Positions 13,801-27,797 of a stretch of 64,000 nt of DNA are shown here, piece by piece. Where the stretch lies: NCBI GenBank assembly GCA_013265495.1, contig MU058584.1:5028508-5092507 (forward strand), written 5' to 3'. This DNA comes from Vicugna vicugna. Taxonomy: Eukaryota. The translations under genes and the position numbers were made by a program. The notes beneath the pieces are model-generated. The model was not told the DNA's origin. It worked only from the letters and a program-made list of their open reading frames with translations, and made no database searches. Each line of letters begins with the position of its first letter. The stretch's first letter is position 1.

Positions 13801-16800
13801 GAGGTGCATTTAAGGGCCAAGTCCCTGGCTCAGAGTATATATAAAAATAATTGCTATCATCATCATGATTTGGTACCTCTATTTAGAGTCATAGGTAAAT
13901 CAAAGACCTGGTTACCTGAGGAGGTGGAGTCCAGCTCTGAATTCACTGAGGCTGGTGTGGGCTGAAGCTACACATCAGGTCAAAGGCAGCTTCCTTAATG
14001 ACGACTGACTTCATGTGGAAGACCCTCAAAATTGCCACTCCTATAAATCTGCATATTTTTCTTCTTTTCTTTTGGCAAATAAGATCTTCACAATGTCTGT
14101 TAGAGCTGGGACGCATTATTCTGCTTTCTTAGATTAGGTGTCCATATTCCTTTCCAGGGAATAAAGTCTAATAAAAAATTTATATGTCTATTGAATCAGG
14201 TAACTACCAAATTCCAGTGGTAAGTTTGGTTTATAATGCAGGTAACCTTCATCCTTTAAGATAACGCTGGAAAAGAGACTCGTGAGATGAGGTGGGCTGG
14301 AGCTTTGATATCAGTCCAACACACATTTCTGCTAACAGACTGGGTATCCTGGGGTTTAATCAACTGAAAAGAACAGTGGTGCTTATTAAGCGTGCTGATT
14401 CTCTAGGCAGAAATCCTCCCAGGGCACACGCAGCAAAGAGAAATGAGGCTGTGACTCTGTGCGGAGCTGAAACAGCTGTGGAGGCTGGGAGACCAAGCGA
14501 AGATAATTATTGTCTCGGTTGTCGGGGTAATTTTGCTTACTTGGGTTAGACTGGGTTTATCAAATTGAGGGTTTGTTATGCAGGGATCATTTTAGAAGGC
14601 AGACAACACAGAGTTATTGTAACTACAGGATATATTGAATCTGTTCCTGATTTTACTGTGACAGGCAAGGTCTACAATAATATGAAAAAGTAGAGTAGTA
14701 ATGTTATGATTTTCAGACCACTCATTTGGTTTTTTCCAGACCTCCAACAACGTTCTTACAGTGTATCTCTCTCTCCATGGTAATATGTAAAATATTGGAA
14801 TAAATTGGTAAATCTTTTCTTTCTAGTTAGCCATGGAACAATAACAAGCAGAGTCTAAAAACTTTGTCTTTCCTTACTCTCAGTGGAAACTCTTGACTCC
14901 AGGTTGACATCGCAACGAGAAACTGGGCTTTGTGAATAGCCAGACTTGGGTTCAAAGTCCACTTCCACTAACTGCACAACTTTGGTCAAGTTACCTTCTA
15001 TTTCAGAAACCTTTGAACCAGTCTATAAAATGGCAGTAAGCAATCCTACTCAGAATGGCCACAAGTACGAAATGCGTTAGAACACAGAGTTCAAGGGCCT
15101 GAATTTCCCGCTCCGTTGTCTCACTAAGTCACTGGACAGGCACCTGGGAGAGCCCATTGCCAAACTAAGATCCCAGAGCCTTAAGTTCTAGATCCAGCCC
15201 TGCCACTTACCCATGGGGTGTCCCTGAGCAAGTGGTTTACCTCAGGGGGCTCCAGCCTTCCACTGGCAAGATCTAAGAGTTGGACTCACGGGCCCCAAGG
15301 TTTTAGCTCCTTGAGGAGCACTCACTTCCATAGGTTTGCTCAGGCAACTTCTCGGATGTCTTCTATTTCATCAGCCCATTGTGATCCTCCTACCTCTGCA
15401 GTAACATAAGATTTCCTGTGTGTTTGACTTGTTGTGTCCTTGATTGTCACTCACTGGGCACTTGATTGTAAACAGCCTTCTTTTAATCAACTTTTCTAGA
15501 TTTTAATTCTTGTCTCTCTATCTAGAACAGAAATCTCTCTGAGGAAAGAAGTATGTTTTATGCTTCTTGGCTTCCTTCAGTTTGTTCCAGAAACAAAGTG
15601 GGTGATTAATAACTTGTTAAGTAACAGTCAACCTTCTGTGCACAAAAGCACAGATGTGTGAGGTTATGGATTTAGAACAAGCATTGGTGCCATTCTGGGG
15701 AGGGCTGAGACTGACCCCTCTGCCCCAGTAATCCACTCATCTACATCTATTTTTTTCTCTCTCTCTCTGTAAAGACCGGTGAATTTGATCAAAGCTTACC
15801 TATACATGGAGAGAACTAAGCCTGCCTTCTCTCTGAATTTCGGTGAAGTCCTTCTCCAACCTGAGCTATTTTACACTGAGAGAGATTTTCAATTCCTTTC
15901 TCCTGGAAGCCTATGGGCAGAACCAATCTGCATGACATTGTACCGTCTCGGTAGGGGACGGGCAGGAGTGACTCAGAGCATGTCTGATTTCCAAGAACGC
16001 CTTTCCAAGGAGTAATGGCTAATGAGCTCACCTTTGGGTCTGCCAACAAAAGCAGCCCAGGGAGATACCCGAATCGGCTGAAATGTACCAGTCATAGAGA
16101 GGGAAGATATGGGACACCAGCGAGGTCGCTAAACTCCTGCCAGGCAACCTCATAAAAAGGAAACCCCGATTCTGAGAAACTGGTTTCACTACTTCAGTCT
16201 CACTTATCACCAGCTAATCCCACAAATAAACTCTTAGTGGGAGTAATAAGCAAAAGCAAAGGTCATAGGTCTATAGTCGTGAAATTATAATCTGTGTTAG
16301 AGTTTGTTTTAGGGCTCTGCTTTTATTTTTTCATCAAATATTTGTTGTCAGGGGATATATCAAACAAAAATCACTGTCCTCCCCCCCCCCGGAACTCATA
16401 TGTTGCTATAAGACTTAAAAATGCATGCAAATTCATACAGTTACACCAGTTTTCCAACTTCAACCTCTTTGCCCTGAGTCCCCAGTCTCTTCAGGGGTTA
16501 GTTAACAAGGTTCTATGTCATACTCATCAAGTGCCTAGCCCTGTACTTGCCACTCAGATGTTGATTTCAATACAGTTTAAAGGTCATAAAAACACCAAAA
16601 TTCACATTCAGTTGCCTAGTATGGTGGGTGACATTTTCTGAGACAATTGTGACTCACTGTTGTGTTTTCCAACTCACTTATCATTAATGGGTAACACTTA
16701 AAAGGATGGAATTAATGATTACCTAATGATGCTGGAGAAAGAGAGCAGAAGATGGCATTCATCACCCCCCACAAAACACAGCATCATCATAATTCCATGC

Positions 16801-18263
16801 CTTTTAATAGAACTTCATAATTTTCAAAGTGCCTTTACACATATTTTCAATTCTTGATTGCTTAGAGCTTTGATAGGTCTTCCCCCCAAAAACTGAAAAC
16901 CAACTAGAAATCCGGATTAATTTTAAAACATATGTCTTGGATGCCCATTATGTGTAAAACACCTTGCCAGGCACTAGAAACCTACCAACGAACAAGAGAG
17001 ACAGGACCCTCCTCCTCAGGGGAGTAAAAACAAAGACACAGAGAACTGAGGGAGTCAGGGAGGGACCCTGAACCAGTCTTGGAAGTTTTCCAGGGGAGCT
17101 GAATCTATGCTTGCCCTGAAGGACAAGTAGGACCCTGGTTAGTGGAGGATTTTTAAATATTAGTTTCTCATTGACCATGTGACAGAATGAACATCTGTTC
17201 CATTGTCTCTGGGGACGGTGAGAGATGTTGGAAAAAGCAGGTAATTCTGAATATTAAATTATAACCCACTAGGCAGTCGGTTAGATGAAAGAGTCTGGTT
17301 TTATAATCTTTCACTTTCCATGAAGTCACCATATGCTCACATTTCAGCTGGGACACGGACCTAGGGCTGAACTGCTTGGCAGCTGGTGACTGTTTTTGTT
17401 CCATTAGATTAAAATTACTTCTCTTTTTTGATTATATACACACAGTCAATGGAAATTGTTTTTTAAAGTTGGGGAAGGCAGAAAAGTATAAAAAAGAAAA
17501 AGAAATAAACACTAAAGCTACAATTCAGAGAGTATTATAATTTGCATTTTTAAAAGTTATTTCTAGTCAACACTTTTCACTGATACAGATACTTATTCAT
17601 TCATATTGATAACTGGGCTCCTTCGGGGTATTTCGGAAGGAGAAGAAGGAGCTCACAAAGGCAAGGCACAGCAGAATCAAATGAGTAAGTTTTAAAATAC
17701 GTAGGTAGTTTGGTTTTTAGTTTTTAGGAGATAATGGTTACTCCATCCTATGAAAAGTTGTAAGTCCCATGAAAATCTGAGCTTTGCATGATTATATTAT
17801 TATCATTATTATTATTTAAAATGACTTTTGAGGTAGCTATGTTTTCTTATCCTTGCTTTACAAAGGAATAAGTTGATAAATTCAACAAGTTAATGGTAAT
17901 GGATAACACACCCAGTTAGATCCAGGTACCATTTTGCAAAGAGTTTCACTTACCTTAATGACTCTGGATCCCAGAATGGAATGAGGCTCAGGTATTACTT
18001 CTGAAGAGAGTGGTTTAATTTAAGAGGGCAAAACAGAAGTGGTTTGATTAACACTGAAGCTTTGTAAGGAGAGCAGATACTGCTGACTACACGGCCTTCG
18101 TTTGTGTTGGCCACGTTGCTGTGCACACCTATTTGGGTGTGGGCTGCACTGAAAAACATTTTCCCTCATGAATGGGGGAGAAGAACTGGAAAGGGTAAGA
18201 AGAGAACCAAGTAGTCTGGAAGCTAGATAAGGGACCAACTACAGACAGGGAAAATCTCTGACC

Positions 18264-19721
18264 ACATGGTGAACAATAAAAAACATGGAAGAAGGAAATG
18301 TCTAAATTTTTAAGTTTTTTTTTCCTTTAGTTTGAGTTTATGCATTCACTAATGCTTTTGTGAGAATACACTGCTCTGAAGGAACTAAAAAAAAACGTGG
18401 AGTTTCATGTCTGGGTCAGAGCAGCTGATTGTAAAGATAATTTATGTGGATGAAGACTGAGGATGGAGAGAGAACTTGGTATTTGCATATGGGGGTGCTG
18501 GGGGAGTGGAGACAGGAGTTGATAAGTTCCCTCTCCCTAGATTTGTAGGAGGCCCCAGCTGAGATTTGAGTTCCAGATAGATGCAAAAATTGCAAGCAAT
18601 ATGCACAAATAGTGGCATGTCTTATGGTGCTAATGTGAGCTACCGATCCATCCTTAGGGCATTATGACTAGACACCTTAATGACATCAGTGTTCCCTGGG
18701 GAAACTTTTTAAGCCTATACATCCTTTTGTGCCTTCCATCACATTGTTTCCATTGTCTGAAAGGCCACTCTCCCTTTTCTCACCTCAACCCTTCACCACT
18801 CTCTATGGAAATGCTACCTATTCTTGACTTAGCAACCTGGACTCAGTTTCTCTGCTTGTCTGACTCCCTCAGTTTATAATCCTCTGGAATGCAGGAACTG
18901 TGTGTAGTACAGGGGTTGACATATGCTAAGCACTTAATGACTTATTGATTCAGTGACCAAATCATGAATAAATGAGTAAATGAATGACAGCAAAACTTGA
19001 GTCCCACCTCTTTTATGAATTTTCCTGCTATATACCTATACTAATATCCAGCTTACATGAGGAATATTATTTTAATATATACTAATAATATTCCATTCCC
19101 CTTACCACATTTATTGGGTACTTACTATGTGCAGGACACTACAAGATCTCATTTAATCCTTACAACCGCCTCGTGATTCTTTGCTGCTAAGGAAATGAGA
19201 GTCTCAGGGAAGGTAGGTGACTGAGCCAAGGTCATGCAGCTGATAAGTGACAGACCACGATTTATATCCAGAGCATGGGCATCCACAGCCCACTCTCTTT
19301 TCTACTTACCTTACAAGTTCTGCTCATACTTCAGGGCCAACCACAGACTCAGCTTCCTCAGAAAACCCTCCTGCACTTGTGTCTTCATTTTCTCATCTCT
19401 CCCTACTCGACTGTACGTCCTGTGAAGCAGGAATCTTGTCTCTTTTCTTCCCATTTTATGTGACCACCATCTTGTGAAGTTATTGGAAAAAGAGATTTCT
19501 GTTGGTTAGGGTTAGCCTGGCAGACGATGAAGAAACGATGGCTCAGGGATTTGTCTAATATTACACAGCCACCCACCGTCAAGGTCAGGGGTAGGACCCA
19601 GGTTGGGGCTATATGGTGAGCAATTAAAAAGAAAACACGGAAGAAGGAAATGTCTAAATTTTTTAGTTTTTTTTTTTTTTCCAGTTTAAGTTTATGTATT
19701 CACAGATGCTTTTGTGAGAAT
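18264..19721 (+). repeat. ~105-bp dispersed direct repeat (copies 18264-18367 and 19611-19721)
   Basis: Both copies read a(c/t)atggtga..caat..aaaa..ca(t/c)ggaagaaggaaatgtctaaattttt..gttttt..agttt(g/a)agtttatg(c/t)attcac..atgcttttgtgagaat. Confidence 0.9.
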
Positions 19722-21079
19722 TGAGAGTTGAACTCTCACCCCAGGCTTCTTCTCTGGAAAAAAAAGAAATGCCTTAGCAAAGCCTTCTGCAAACACTCTG
19801 GAGCAGCTGTTAGTGCTCAGAGAATTCCAGAACTGCAGGAAACCACAATGAGTACCTAGCTAAGTGTCCTCCTAGAGTGAGGAGGCGGCTCACCCAAGGC
19901 TGTGAGCAAGTCAGTGGAAAGATGGAGTAATGAGAGCGGGGAGAGAGCGCCCGCGGTCAGAAGGGCTGGGGTCTGGCCCCGGTCTGGCCCTTAGTTCTTC
20001 CTGATGGACAGAGGACAGAAGGTGTAAATTATCCAGATCCGAACCAAGCTGATAATGTCTTTACTGTCACTGTCCTTGGCCTACGTGAAGAAATAGCTTT
20101 TCTCTTAGTTTTCCTCTCCATTTATTCTACTTGGCACAGACACTGATTGGATTGCTTTATCATTTTTTTTTTCTTGACTTGTGCTCTCTTGAGGCCTCCT
20201 GGCTGCACCTCCAAGTTGCATCTCTCCACCCCCAGCCACCCGCTGCCCAGTGCCCCCCATGCCGTCCCCAGCTTTTTGTTTTCATCGTGGCTGCCAACTT
20301 GTGTTGCTTGCCTCCCTCTCAGTTGGGCTCCTCACGCACCCAACTAAGGCCATTTCCTGGCTGCCATCCTGACCCAGTGCTGCAGTTGCTAAAATATTAA
20401 TGGTGCCCTTTGTGAAAAGTACCACTGCATAGCTTGTTTTCAATTAAAATTGCCAGGGAGATGGAAACAATGAAATGGAGGAAATAAAGCAAAACCATAG
20501 TTGGAAAAAGAGCTTCAGCATTAAGGCAAAGGAGGGCATCCTAAGCTCTGCCTTCCTCTTCCCCTCTGCCTTGCTAGGGTCTCACTGTGGGAAATGCAGC
20601 ACCGCTGGCCACTGCCTTGGCTTCCTAGATGGGGTGCATAACAAGGTGTATGACCCCTGTGGTTTTGCCTGGCTGCCTGCTCTCCTGGGTCCCCTGGGAG
20701 AGAAGAGAAGGGAAGGACAGCATAGATCTGAAAAGAAAAGGTAAACTGTGTGGATAAAGGAAAGAAGGGCTTCCTGTGGTTAAAAACCATGGGACGTATT
20801 GGTGGGAGGAAGTCTGTAGGATGCTTAGGACGAATCAGGCTAGATGCAAAGGCAAAGAAATGTGGTTGCACCCTTTGTCCAACCCTTAATGAATGCACTT
20901 AGCACTTTGTTTTATTTATTGGAGCCCTCAACTGTACTGTCTTAGTCACTATTGTACCCTGGTGCCATGCACGGTGCTTGGCCCAAATCACAACGCTAAG
21001 CTATATTTTCTGAATGGCTGGATGAATAATTGGAAAGGGGTGAGGGGGAGAGCAAAAACTTACCCTTAACATTTGCAGC

Positions 21080-22163
21080 ATAATAAGTGTTCATATCTTT
21101 ATTCCTTTTATGATGAAGAGAATACAGAGGGCTGGGGACAGAGTCATTACAGGAGGATGAAAGATAGCGCTGTCTGTGCAAAAGACCCCCCTAAACTACA
21201 CAGAGAAGAGAAGCAGACCCCCAGGGCAGCCTTTCCATCCAGGAAACTGAGACTAATCCGAGTGAGTTGGCCAGCAGCTCTACTGGCTACAGGGCATAAG
21301 CCAGCCTTCCCAGGTACCAGGGAGTCAGATGCCTTGTCCGATTTCCCGAAGCAACCTGGCCACTCTCCTTCCCCCACCAAGTTCCTAATTTGAGTCCCAT
21401 TCTCTGACTCTCCCTCCCTCTCTGTTTTTGTCTTATTTGAGACCAGTTTTCACAGGTTCCTCTGGTTTCTGTGCTCACCTTCATCACTGGGTATGCTAAC
21501 AGTCTTCTCACTTAGGAAATTCTTCCCATCCTCAGCCTTTCGGCACCCCCAACCTTTCTATAGTCGCATTTTGCCTCCGAGTCTCCTCCCTCCTGCACTT
21601 GACCTTCCAGGCAAGCATGCTTATGTGGAGGAGGGGAGTGGAAACATGTGCCCTTGAGGCAGAAGGTCTGCCTGCGGTGAGGACCCTGGGTTCTGTTCAA
21701 CCAGACATAACTGCAGAGAACCTTCATTGCCAGCTTCCTAATTTTCACCCCTTCACTCCACTCCACTGGACCTCTTCTCGGATACTGCTCAGCGCCAGGC
21801 AGCCCATTTGGTAGTAAAAGAAGCATCAAGGCTGTGACAGGTGTTCCAGGAACAAGGCTTTTTTTTTTTTTTTTTTTCAGGCTGTGAGCAGGCACACTGT
21901 ATGCATGTGTGCAAGAGAGCCATTGTCACTTACATAGAGTGGCTGCTACGGAACATGTTGAAAGTGAGAAATTGTGGATTTCATTATAAGTGTGATACTA
22001 GTCAGAAAGGCCCAGAGAGCTGGCATTGCAGCAACAACCAGCTTGAAGAGAAGAAAAGAGAGCAGCAGAAACCGCTTAGGAGTCCCAACTGATGTGAACA
22101 TAGGTGGACGTCCTCCGGTCTCCTGGCCCCCCTTCCCCTCACCCAGACTGGTAGGTGGCCGAT
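21080..22163 (-). other. DPT: DPT 3' UTR (approximate, ~1.08 kb)
   Basis: Runs from the stop codon to ~20 nt past the first AATAAA I found on the minus strand; 3' end inferred. Confidence 0.65.
21098..21103 (-). terminator. DPT polyadenylation signal AATAAA
   Basis: TTTATT on + strand. The minus strand reads AATAAAGATATGAACACTTATTATGCTGCAAATGTTAAGGGTAAGTTTTTG, with a G/U-rich downstream stretch. Further AATAAA copies at 20911-20920 could be alternatives. Confidence 0.65.
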
Positions 22164-22230
22164 CTAAACACTTGCAAATTCACAGTCGTAGTCCGTCATC
22201 CGGCACATTATGAACTTCCACTGGCGATCC
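22164..22230 (-). CDS. DPT: Dermatopontin coding exon 4 (67 nt to stop)
   Basis: Acceptor CTCTCTCCCCACAG|G, then DRQWKFIMCRMTDYDCEFASV and TAG at 22166-22164. Exon sum 305+126+108+67=606 nt = 201 aa plus stop, with 10 Cys. Confidence 0.97.
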
Positions 22231-22786
22231 CTGTGGGGAGAGAGTCAGAAAGCTAACGTCTGTGAGAAAAGACACCTTAGGAAGACTCACTGCTGAGGGA
22301 AAAGCAATGAGCGATCTTTGGAGAATTTAGGGACACCCACCCTAACCTCACTTTCCTCCCGGAAGACATCGCTATGAAGTCTCTAGAGAACCTCCAGGTA
22401 ATCGTCTGGGAGGTCAGGCGTCCTGGACACCTCCTCACACAGTTCCGGTTGCACCTAGGAGGGGACTAGCCAAGTTACGGCGTGTGGAGGCCCTGTTCAT
22501 CACTGGTGCTCAGCTTCCCACTGCTCTGGCCCGAAGGTACCTCTTGGACATACAGGTTAACCATCTGCTCATCTATTCTTTCTTTTCCTGAACACTTCCC
22601 ATGTGGTAGGCTTCATGCTATAGCCTATGTATTTCCCGTCAGAAAACACTATTACAGGGAAATGAAGGGGGTGGGGGAGACAGCTCTAAAACACCCGTCA
22701 TTCTTGCATAACAGAAATTGAATTGTGTATTTGTTTAAATGGCCTGGCATGGGTATGAAAGGACATAGAATTGCTCTATTTTAGAT

Positions 22787-22882
22787 GGGGGAGGGTATAG
22801 CTCAGTGGTAGAGCACATGCTTACCTAGCACGCATAAGGTCCTGAGTTCAATTCCCAGTACCTCCATTTTTTTTTTTTTAAA
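22787..22882 (+). mobile_element. vic-1-type tRNA-derived SINE in DPT intron 3
   Basis: GGGGGAGGGTATAGCTCAGTGGTAGAGCACATGCTT...GGTCCTGAGTTCAATTCCCAGTACCTCCA with Pol III A and B boxes; diverged flanking repeat agaattgctc/agatttgctc. Confidence 0.88.
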
Positions 22883-23963
22883 GATTTGCTCAACTTTGAA
22901 AAACGTGGTGTGGATATATTTCAAGGATTGCTCTTTGCTAAGGGCTAGCCTAAGTTCTTTGTTCACCCATTTAACAAAAATTTATTGAGAGCCTACTCTG
23001 CAGGGCACTCTTCTGGTCTAACATCGTTTAACAATGATAATGATAATGGCGATGGTCACTGTAACTGCTATTTGCTGAGTCCTCCAACATATCCAGCATC
23101 GCACTAGATGCTTTACATATTTTCTCATTTAATCTTCACGAGAAGTCATTGTTTAGGTGAAGAAACAGACTCAGAGAAATGTGTCTTTCATTAAGATAAT
23201 TAGGAGACAACTTCAGGTTCCAAGTTTGTTGAACTCATATCATGCTCCTCCCCCTGTCCCACAGTGCCTCCGTAACTAGGTGCCATCACCCCATCGAGGA
23301 CATGGCTGTCACATCCTTTGCAAAGTCTTGACAGAGGGCAAAAAAGAAAGAGTCATTCCGTATATGATGATGCAAATCCTTTCCAAACCGAGTGGGGTCA
23401 TTTAACCTTCGAGAATCCTTCCTTTTCAGTCTGCAGGGGCTCTTCCCAGATCAGTTTCTCTTAAACACCAACACTGATAAGACCTCCATTCAGCCTTGAA
23501 CCTGGAAGGTGGGACTGACTACTCTCAGTTCTGGGGGATAACTCTTGCCAGCAGCTTCGGTACATGCTGCTCAGACAGCCTAAGGCAGGTTTTAGAATTT
23601 GAGTCTGTTGCTCCAGGTTGTTTACTTAGAAGAAGTGGGCACAGGGTCCCTAGTACAAATCTCCAAGAGCCTAGATAACCTACTATTTATTAGTATTTAT
23701 TCCTGCAATTGTCAATAGAGGGCATGGCTTGTTTCAGATGGAGGTAAGAAAATTGGTGGCATGTGTGTTTATCAAACACATTTCACTATTGTAGACAAGT
23801 CTTATTTATCTGTGTGCCAACAGACACAGGTATATAAGAGCTTAAGCCAGGCATTCACACTATTCCTTCAAGAGGCTGTCAGTTGATGCTAAGAAAAATT
23901 TAGACTTGACCCTACAAGGACCAAGGGACTCAGTCAGGCTCAGTCTCTGATCTCCCTCCTGGA

Positions 23964-24129
23964 CAGTGGTTCCCAAGCAGAGGCAGTTTTGCTCTCTAGA
24001 GTTTTTTAGTTCTCACAATTGTGGAAGAGGGGAGTTGCTACTGCCATCTCATGTGTAGGGGCTAGGATGCTGCTAACATCTAGAATTATCTGGCCCCAGA
24101 TGTCAACAGTGCCCAAGCTGAGCAACTCC
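23964..24129. mobile_element. Internally deleted MER20-like MITE
   Basis: cagtggttcccaagc...ggctaggatgctgctaa...attatctggccccagatgtcaacagtgcc. Confidence 0.7.
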
Positions 24130-25822
24130 ATTGCAGGAGGAAGCCACTATGATTTGCATATGGAGGAAAAGTTCCTGCCCGGTGTGTTCTGCACTAACAA
24201 TATTTCTCCAAGGCAAAAGCCTCCGCATCTTTCAGCAGAGTGAAGGGAACCCAAGTTGTGGATCTTTAAGCCACTGATTGCTAGTGACGGCAGCAAAATT
24301 GCATGGGTATATTCATTCTAAACAAATGCATGACATAATATTTCAGTTTTCCAAGATTCTGGATTAAGCCACATAACTGAAAATTTCCAAGCCGATAGCA
24401 ATTGGACATTTTAACTGCCAATATATATATATATATTTTGTAATAATTGTGGGTGGCATTCTTTCTTTACTGTATTCCTTCCTGTCTTCTTAAGCAGAAA
24501 AGGCAGCACTAATTTTCCTGTTGACTTAGAGACATCATTAGGAATACTGAGCACCCTGCTGTACTGTAATCCTGTGATGCCCTTTGGGGCTACACACCCC
24601 TGCGAGATGTCACTGGGCTTCCATAGCCTTTGAGTTCTTAAGTCTTTCCTTTCCTTTCTTTCTTTTTCTTAAATACATTATTGTGTGTGTCACGTCATTC
24701 AGCTGTTTCTTCTCACTGCTGAAGTGAGTCTCATGTTAAGCAGTATCACTCCTGTTTATTTTAAAATTTGCCACCTCTAGAAAATGGTAAGTAAGCTAGT
24801 TAAAAATGTATCTAAAATACAAGGAATGAATGTGTGAGAACTGAGGGGTCCTTCTTTGTGCAAACATAAGGGTTTTCATTCACGGAGCCTGTCCCATATA
24901 CTGTGCCTTCTCAGAGCTACTTCATGTTTGTTGTTTTGTTTTGTTTTTTAAATTATGGGTCTTATTAAATAAGTTAACTTTAGTTAGGTGAGAAGTCATT
25001 TCCCTTAAAAGCATAAATATACACAAAAGATAAGTCATGCTCAGATTGGTCAGTTCATTCTTTAATGAGTTAATTTTACGAGTTAAGTTTTGTTCTGTTT
25101 GCAAAACGTTTATCAGTAACTTTTCAGGAGTTCATTTGCTGTGTGGTGTGATGATCACCTGGTTAAACAGGTCAAATCAAGCTCTTAACACCTGAATTTA
25201 TTCACATCTCTGTATAAGCAGGGAGAAGAATTTTTGTTTCTTTCTTATTGTTTTATTTTGATGTATTTGTGATAAGATTGTGACTGTGAGGGAAAGAGGA
25301 TAAAAAATTAGTTCCTTTTTTATTTTACGTTTTTTAAATTCTCCTTTTTTAATGTCTAAATATGGCTGATAAGTTTAGCATGTTTCTCCTCTCCAGCCCC
25401 CTTTCCTTCTCTTCTCTCTCCCTCCCCACAGCCCAAAGTGGGGGCCACCGTGGAGAAACGGCTTTGGAGAGGGTCTACTTTGAGAGTGGGTTCTCATGTT
25501 TGTTCTCTCTTCCTAAGGTTTGGTAAGAAAACACGCTCTTAGAAATTGAGCGGAGGGAAGAGCTTAGAACATCATGGAATACCAAGTTGAGGATTTCCTG
25601 CTCTGAGCAGGCGGGAACCCATCCACCTCTCCGAGGGTGGGCTGTTCCATGGGCTGGTCCAGGTCCCACTGCATTCCACTGTCCCGCCAATCTCTCAGTT
25701 AGTCCTAGACCAAGTAGGAAACTAAAATAGGGAAAACCCCAGATCAAAATTCCTGCAGACATGATCCTGGCATGGAGAGAGTCCCTGGCCTCTCTGACCC
25801 GAGCCCAGGGGGGGAAGCCTCA

Positions 25823-26029
<207 letters not shown>

Positions 26030-26223
26030 TCATGGGAGACCCAAACCAGAGTTGGATGGCCTCCATCAAACCATTCCAGGCTGCAGAAAGATGGACTGCT
26101 TCCTCCCACTTCTGATCTTCCTTCTTGCCATTGAACTACACACTAAAAAAGGTGCAGAAGACTCCTCAGGCCTTGAGGAAATATTAGTATCAATATTAGC
26201 CCATCCATTCAAATCAACCAGAA

Positions 26224-26480
26224 CCATGTTTTCAAACTATGGCTTGTGACTCTAGTAGATCACGAAATCAATTTAATTAGCCATTACCAAATAAGCTTTA
26301 AAAAAGAAAATGAAATAGAATAGAAAACCTCAGAGTTCATTGTACATATTAATGATAAATTCTTGTGTGTGTGTAAAAACTTTGGTGTGTATGTACTTAT
26401 ACGACGTTTGTATTATGTGATAGCTTGATACATATTTTTTTTACTGTGAGTCATGATCAAAAAAGTATTTGAAAAACATT
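26224..26480. mobile_element. hAT-Charlie-type MITE
   Basis: Terminal inverted repeats catgttttcaaact ... tttgaaaaacatt. Confidence 0.5.
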
Positions 26481-27643
26481 AAAGTATACAAGGATAGTCT
26501 TTACCTTGCCTGCCATTGTTTCTCTGGCACCTAAAACAACTCCTGGTACATAGTAAGTATTCGCTGAATAAATAAATGGCCTTGGGAGAGTCACGTAATC
26601 TCAGTTCCCTGGTCTATAGAAGAATGAGTTACTGTATGGGTTTATCATTGGGACGAATACACCCATGTGTGACATACTAGTACAAGGTAGGAGTTGAATC
26701 AGGAGAAATTCTGTTTCTTCTTCCTCTTTCTCCTTTCCTTCTTTCTCCTCCAAGATTAAGTCAATCCTGGTCCTCTCTGAGTAGGTTCGCTGTGGTCTAC
26801 CCTGGAATAAATCTAGAATTTCCTGTTTCTCATAAGTCTTCACCATTGGGGATCTTCAGAACCAAAATAGTCCTTTCAGTATGATGTGAGTTCCCCAAAG
26901 CCTTTATCTGCACCCCCAAGGCTGCTTGGCAAACAAACAGTGAGTGTCAGTAATTTAATACAATCTGGGGTCACCAGGTCATTTTATGATGATGATAGAA
27001 TGATCTTCCCCTATGTAGATTTACTATTGCAAGGATTGTCATGAAACCTTGGAAAGACTGATTTATCAGATGGAAGTTCTCCTAGGAGGATCTCAGTGCT
27101 TAGGTGCAACAAGATCAAAGGTTAGCTCAAGATAACCTGGGTTAGCCAGACTCCACTAAGACAACACTCCCTTGTTCATAACCATTCCTCTCCCCATATT
27201 ATGCGGTTGTCCTTGTTTGCTGATTTTTCTCTTCTCAAGACATAATTATGCTCTATCAGGACACCAGGCCCAACCTGGAGTGGGTTACGTGTATTTCTGC
27301 TTAACGTTTATGACAGGAAATGAAGCTCTGCTAATGTAGAAGTCTCTTTTGTGCTTCTAAAGAGACCTAGAACAAAGACTTCCTCATCGTAGTGAAAATG
27401 TTACATGACTCATAAATGAACTTTATAGGGCCTCACTTGTAATCCACTGGTTAGTGATCCCTGAGGAGTCTAGCAAGGGCTAGATTCAAGTTTACTCAAA
27501 GAAAGAGGAGTTTGTAGAGAATGTGGATAATGAAAATTAGGGTTAATAGAGATGAAGTAGGATGTGTTTTTCTTATATCAGAGAACACAAAATCCAGAAC
27601 TTTAAAAACACTCTCCAGATACAATGTATAAAGGTTCATTGCT

Positions 27644-27797
27644 GGGGGAAAGGGTACAGCTCAAGTGGTAGAGTACATGATTACCATGCATGAGGTCCTT
27701 AGTTCAATCCCCAGTATCTTCTCTAAAATAAATAAATGAACAAATAAACATAATTACCTCCTTCCCCCACCAAAAAAAAAATAAATTTTTGAAAAAA
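27644..27797 (+). mobile_element. vic-1-type tRNA-derived SINE (longer tail) in DPT intron 2
   Basis: GGGGGAAAGGGTACAGCTCAAGTGGTAGAGTACATG...TAGTTCAATCCCCAGTATCT followed by AT-rich, C-rich and A-rich tail segments. Confidence 0.85.

Noticed and set aside
1..21000. A second protein-coding gene or novel system downstream of DPT
   Set aside because: Only repeat relics and short random ORFs were seen, with no coherent exon chain or CpG island. A lncRNA cannot be excluded from sequence alone.
22787..22866. tRNA-like sequences (also 9160-9232 and 27644-27720) as tRNA genes
   Set aside because: They carry SINE tails and flanking repeats and have disrupted stems; they are tRNA-derived SINEs.
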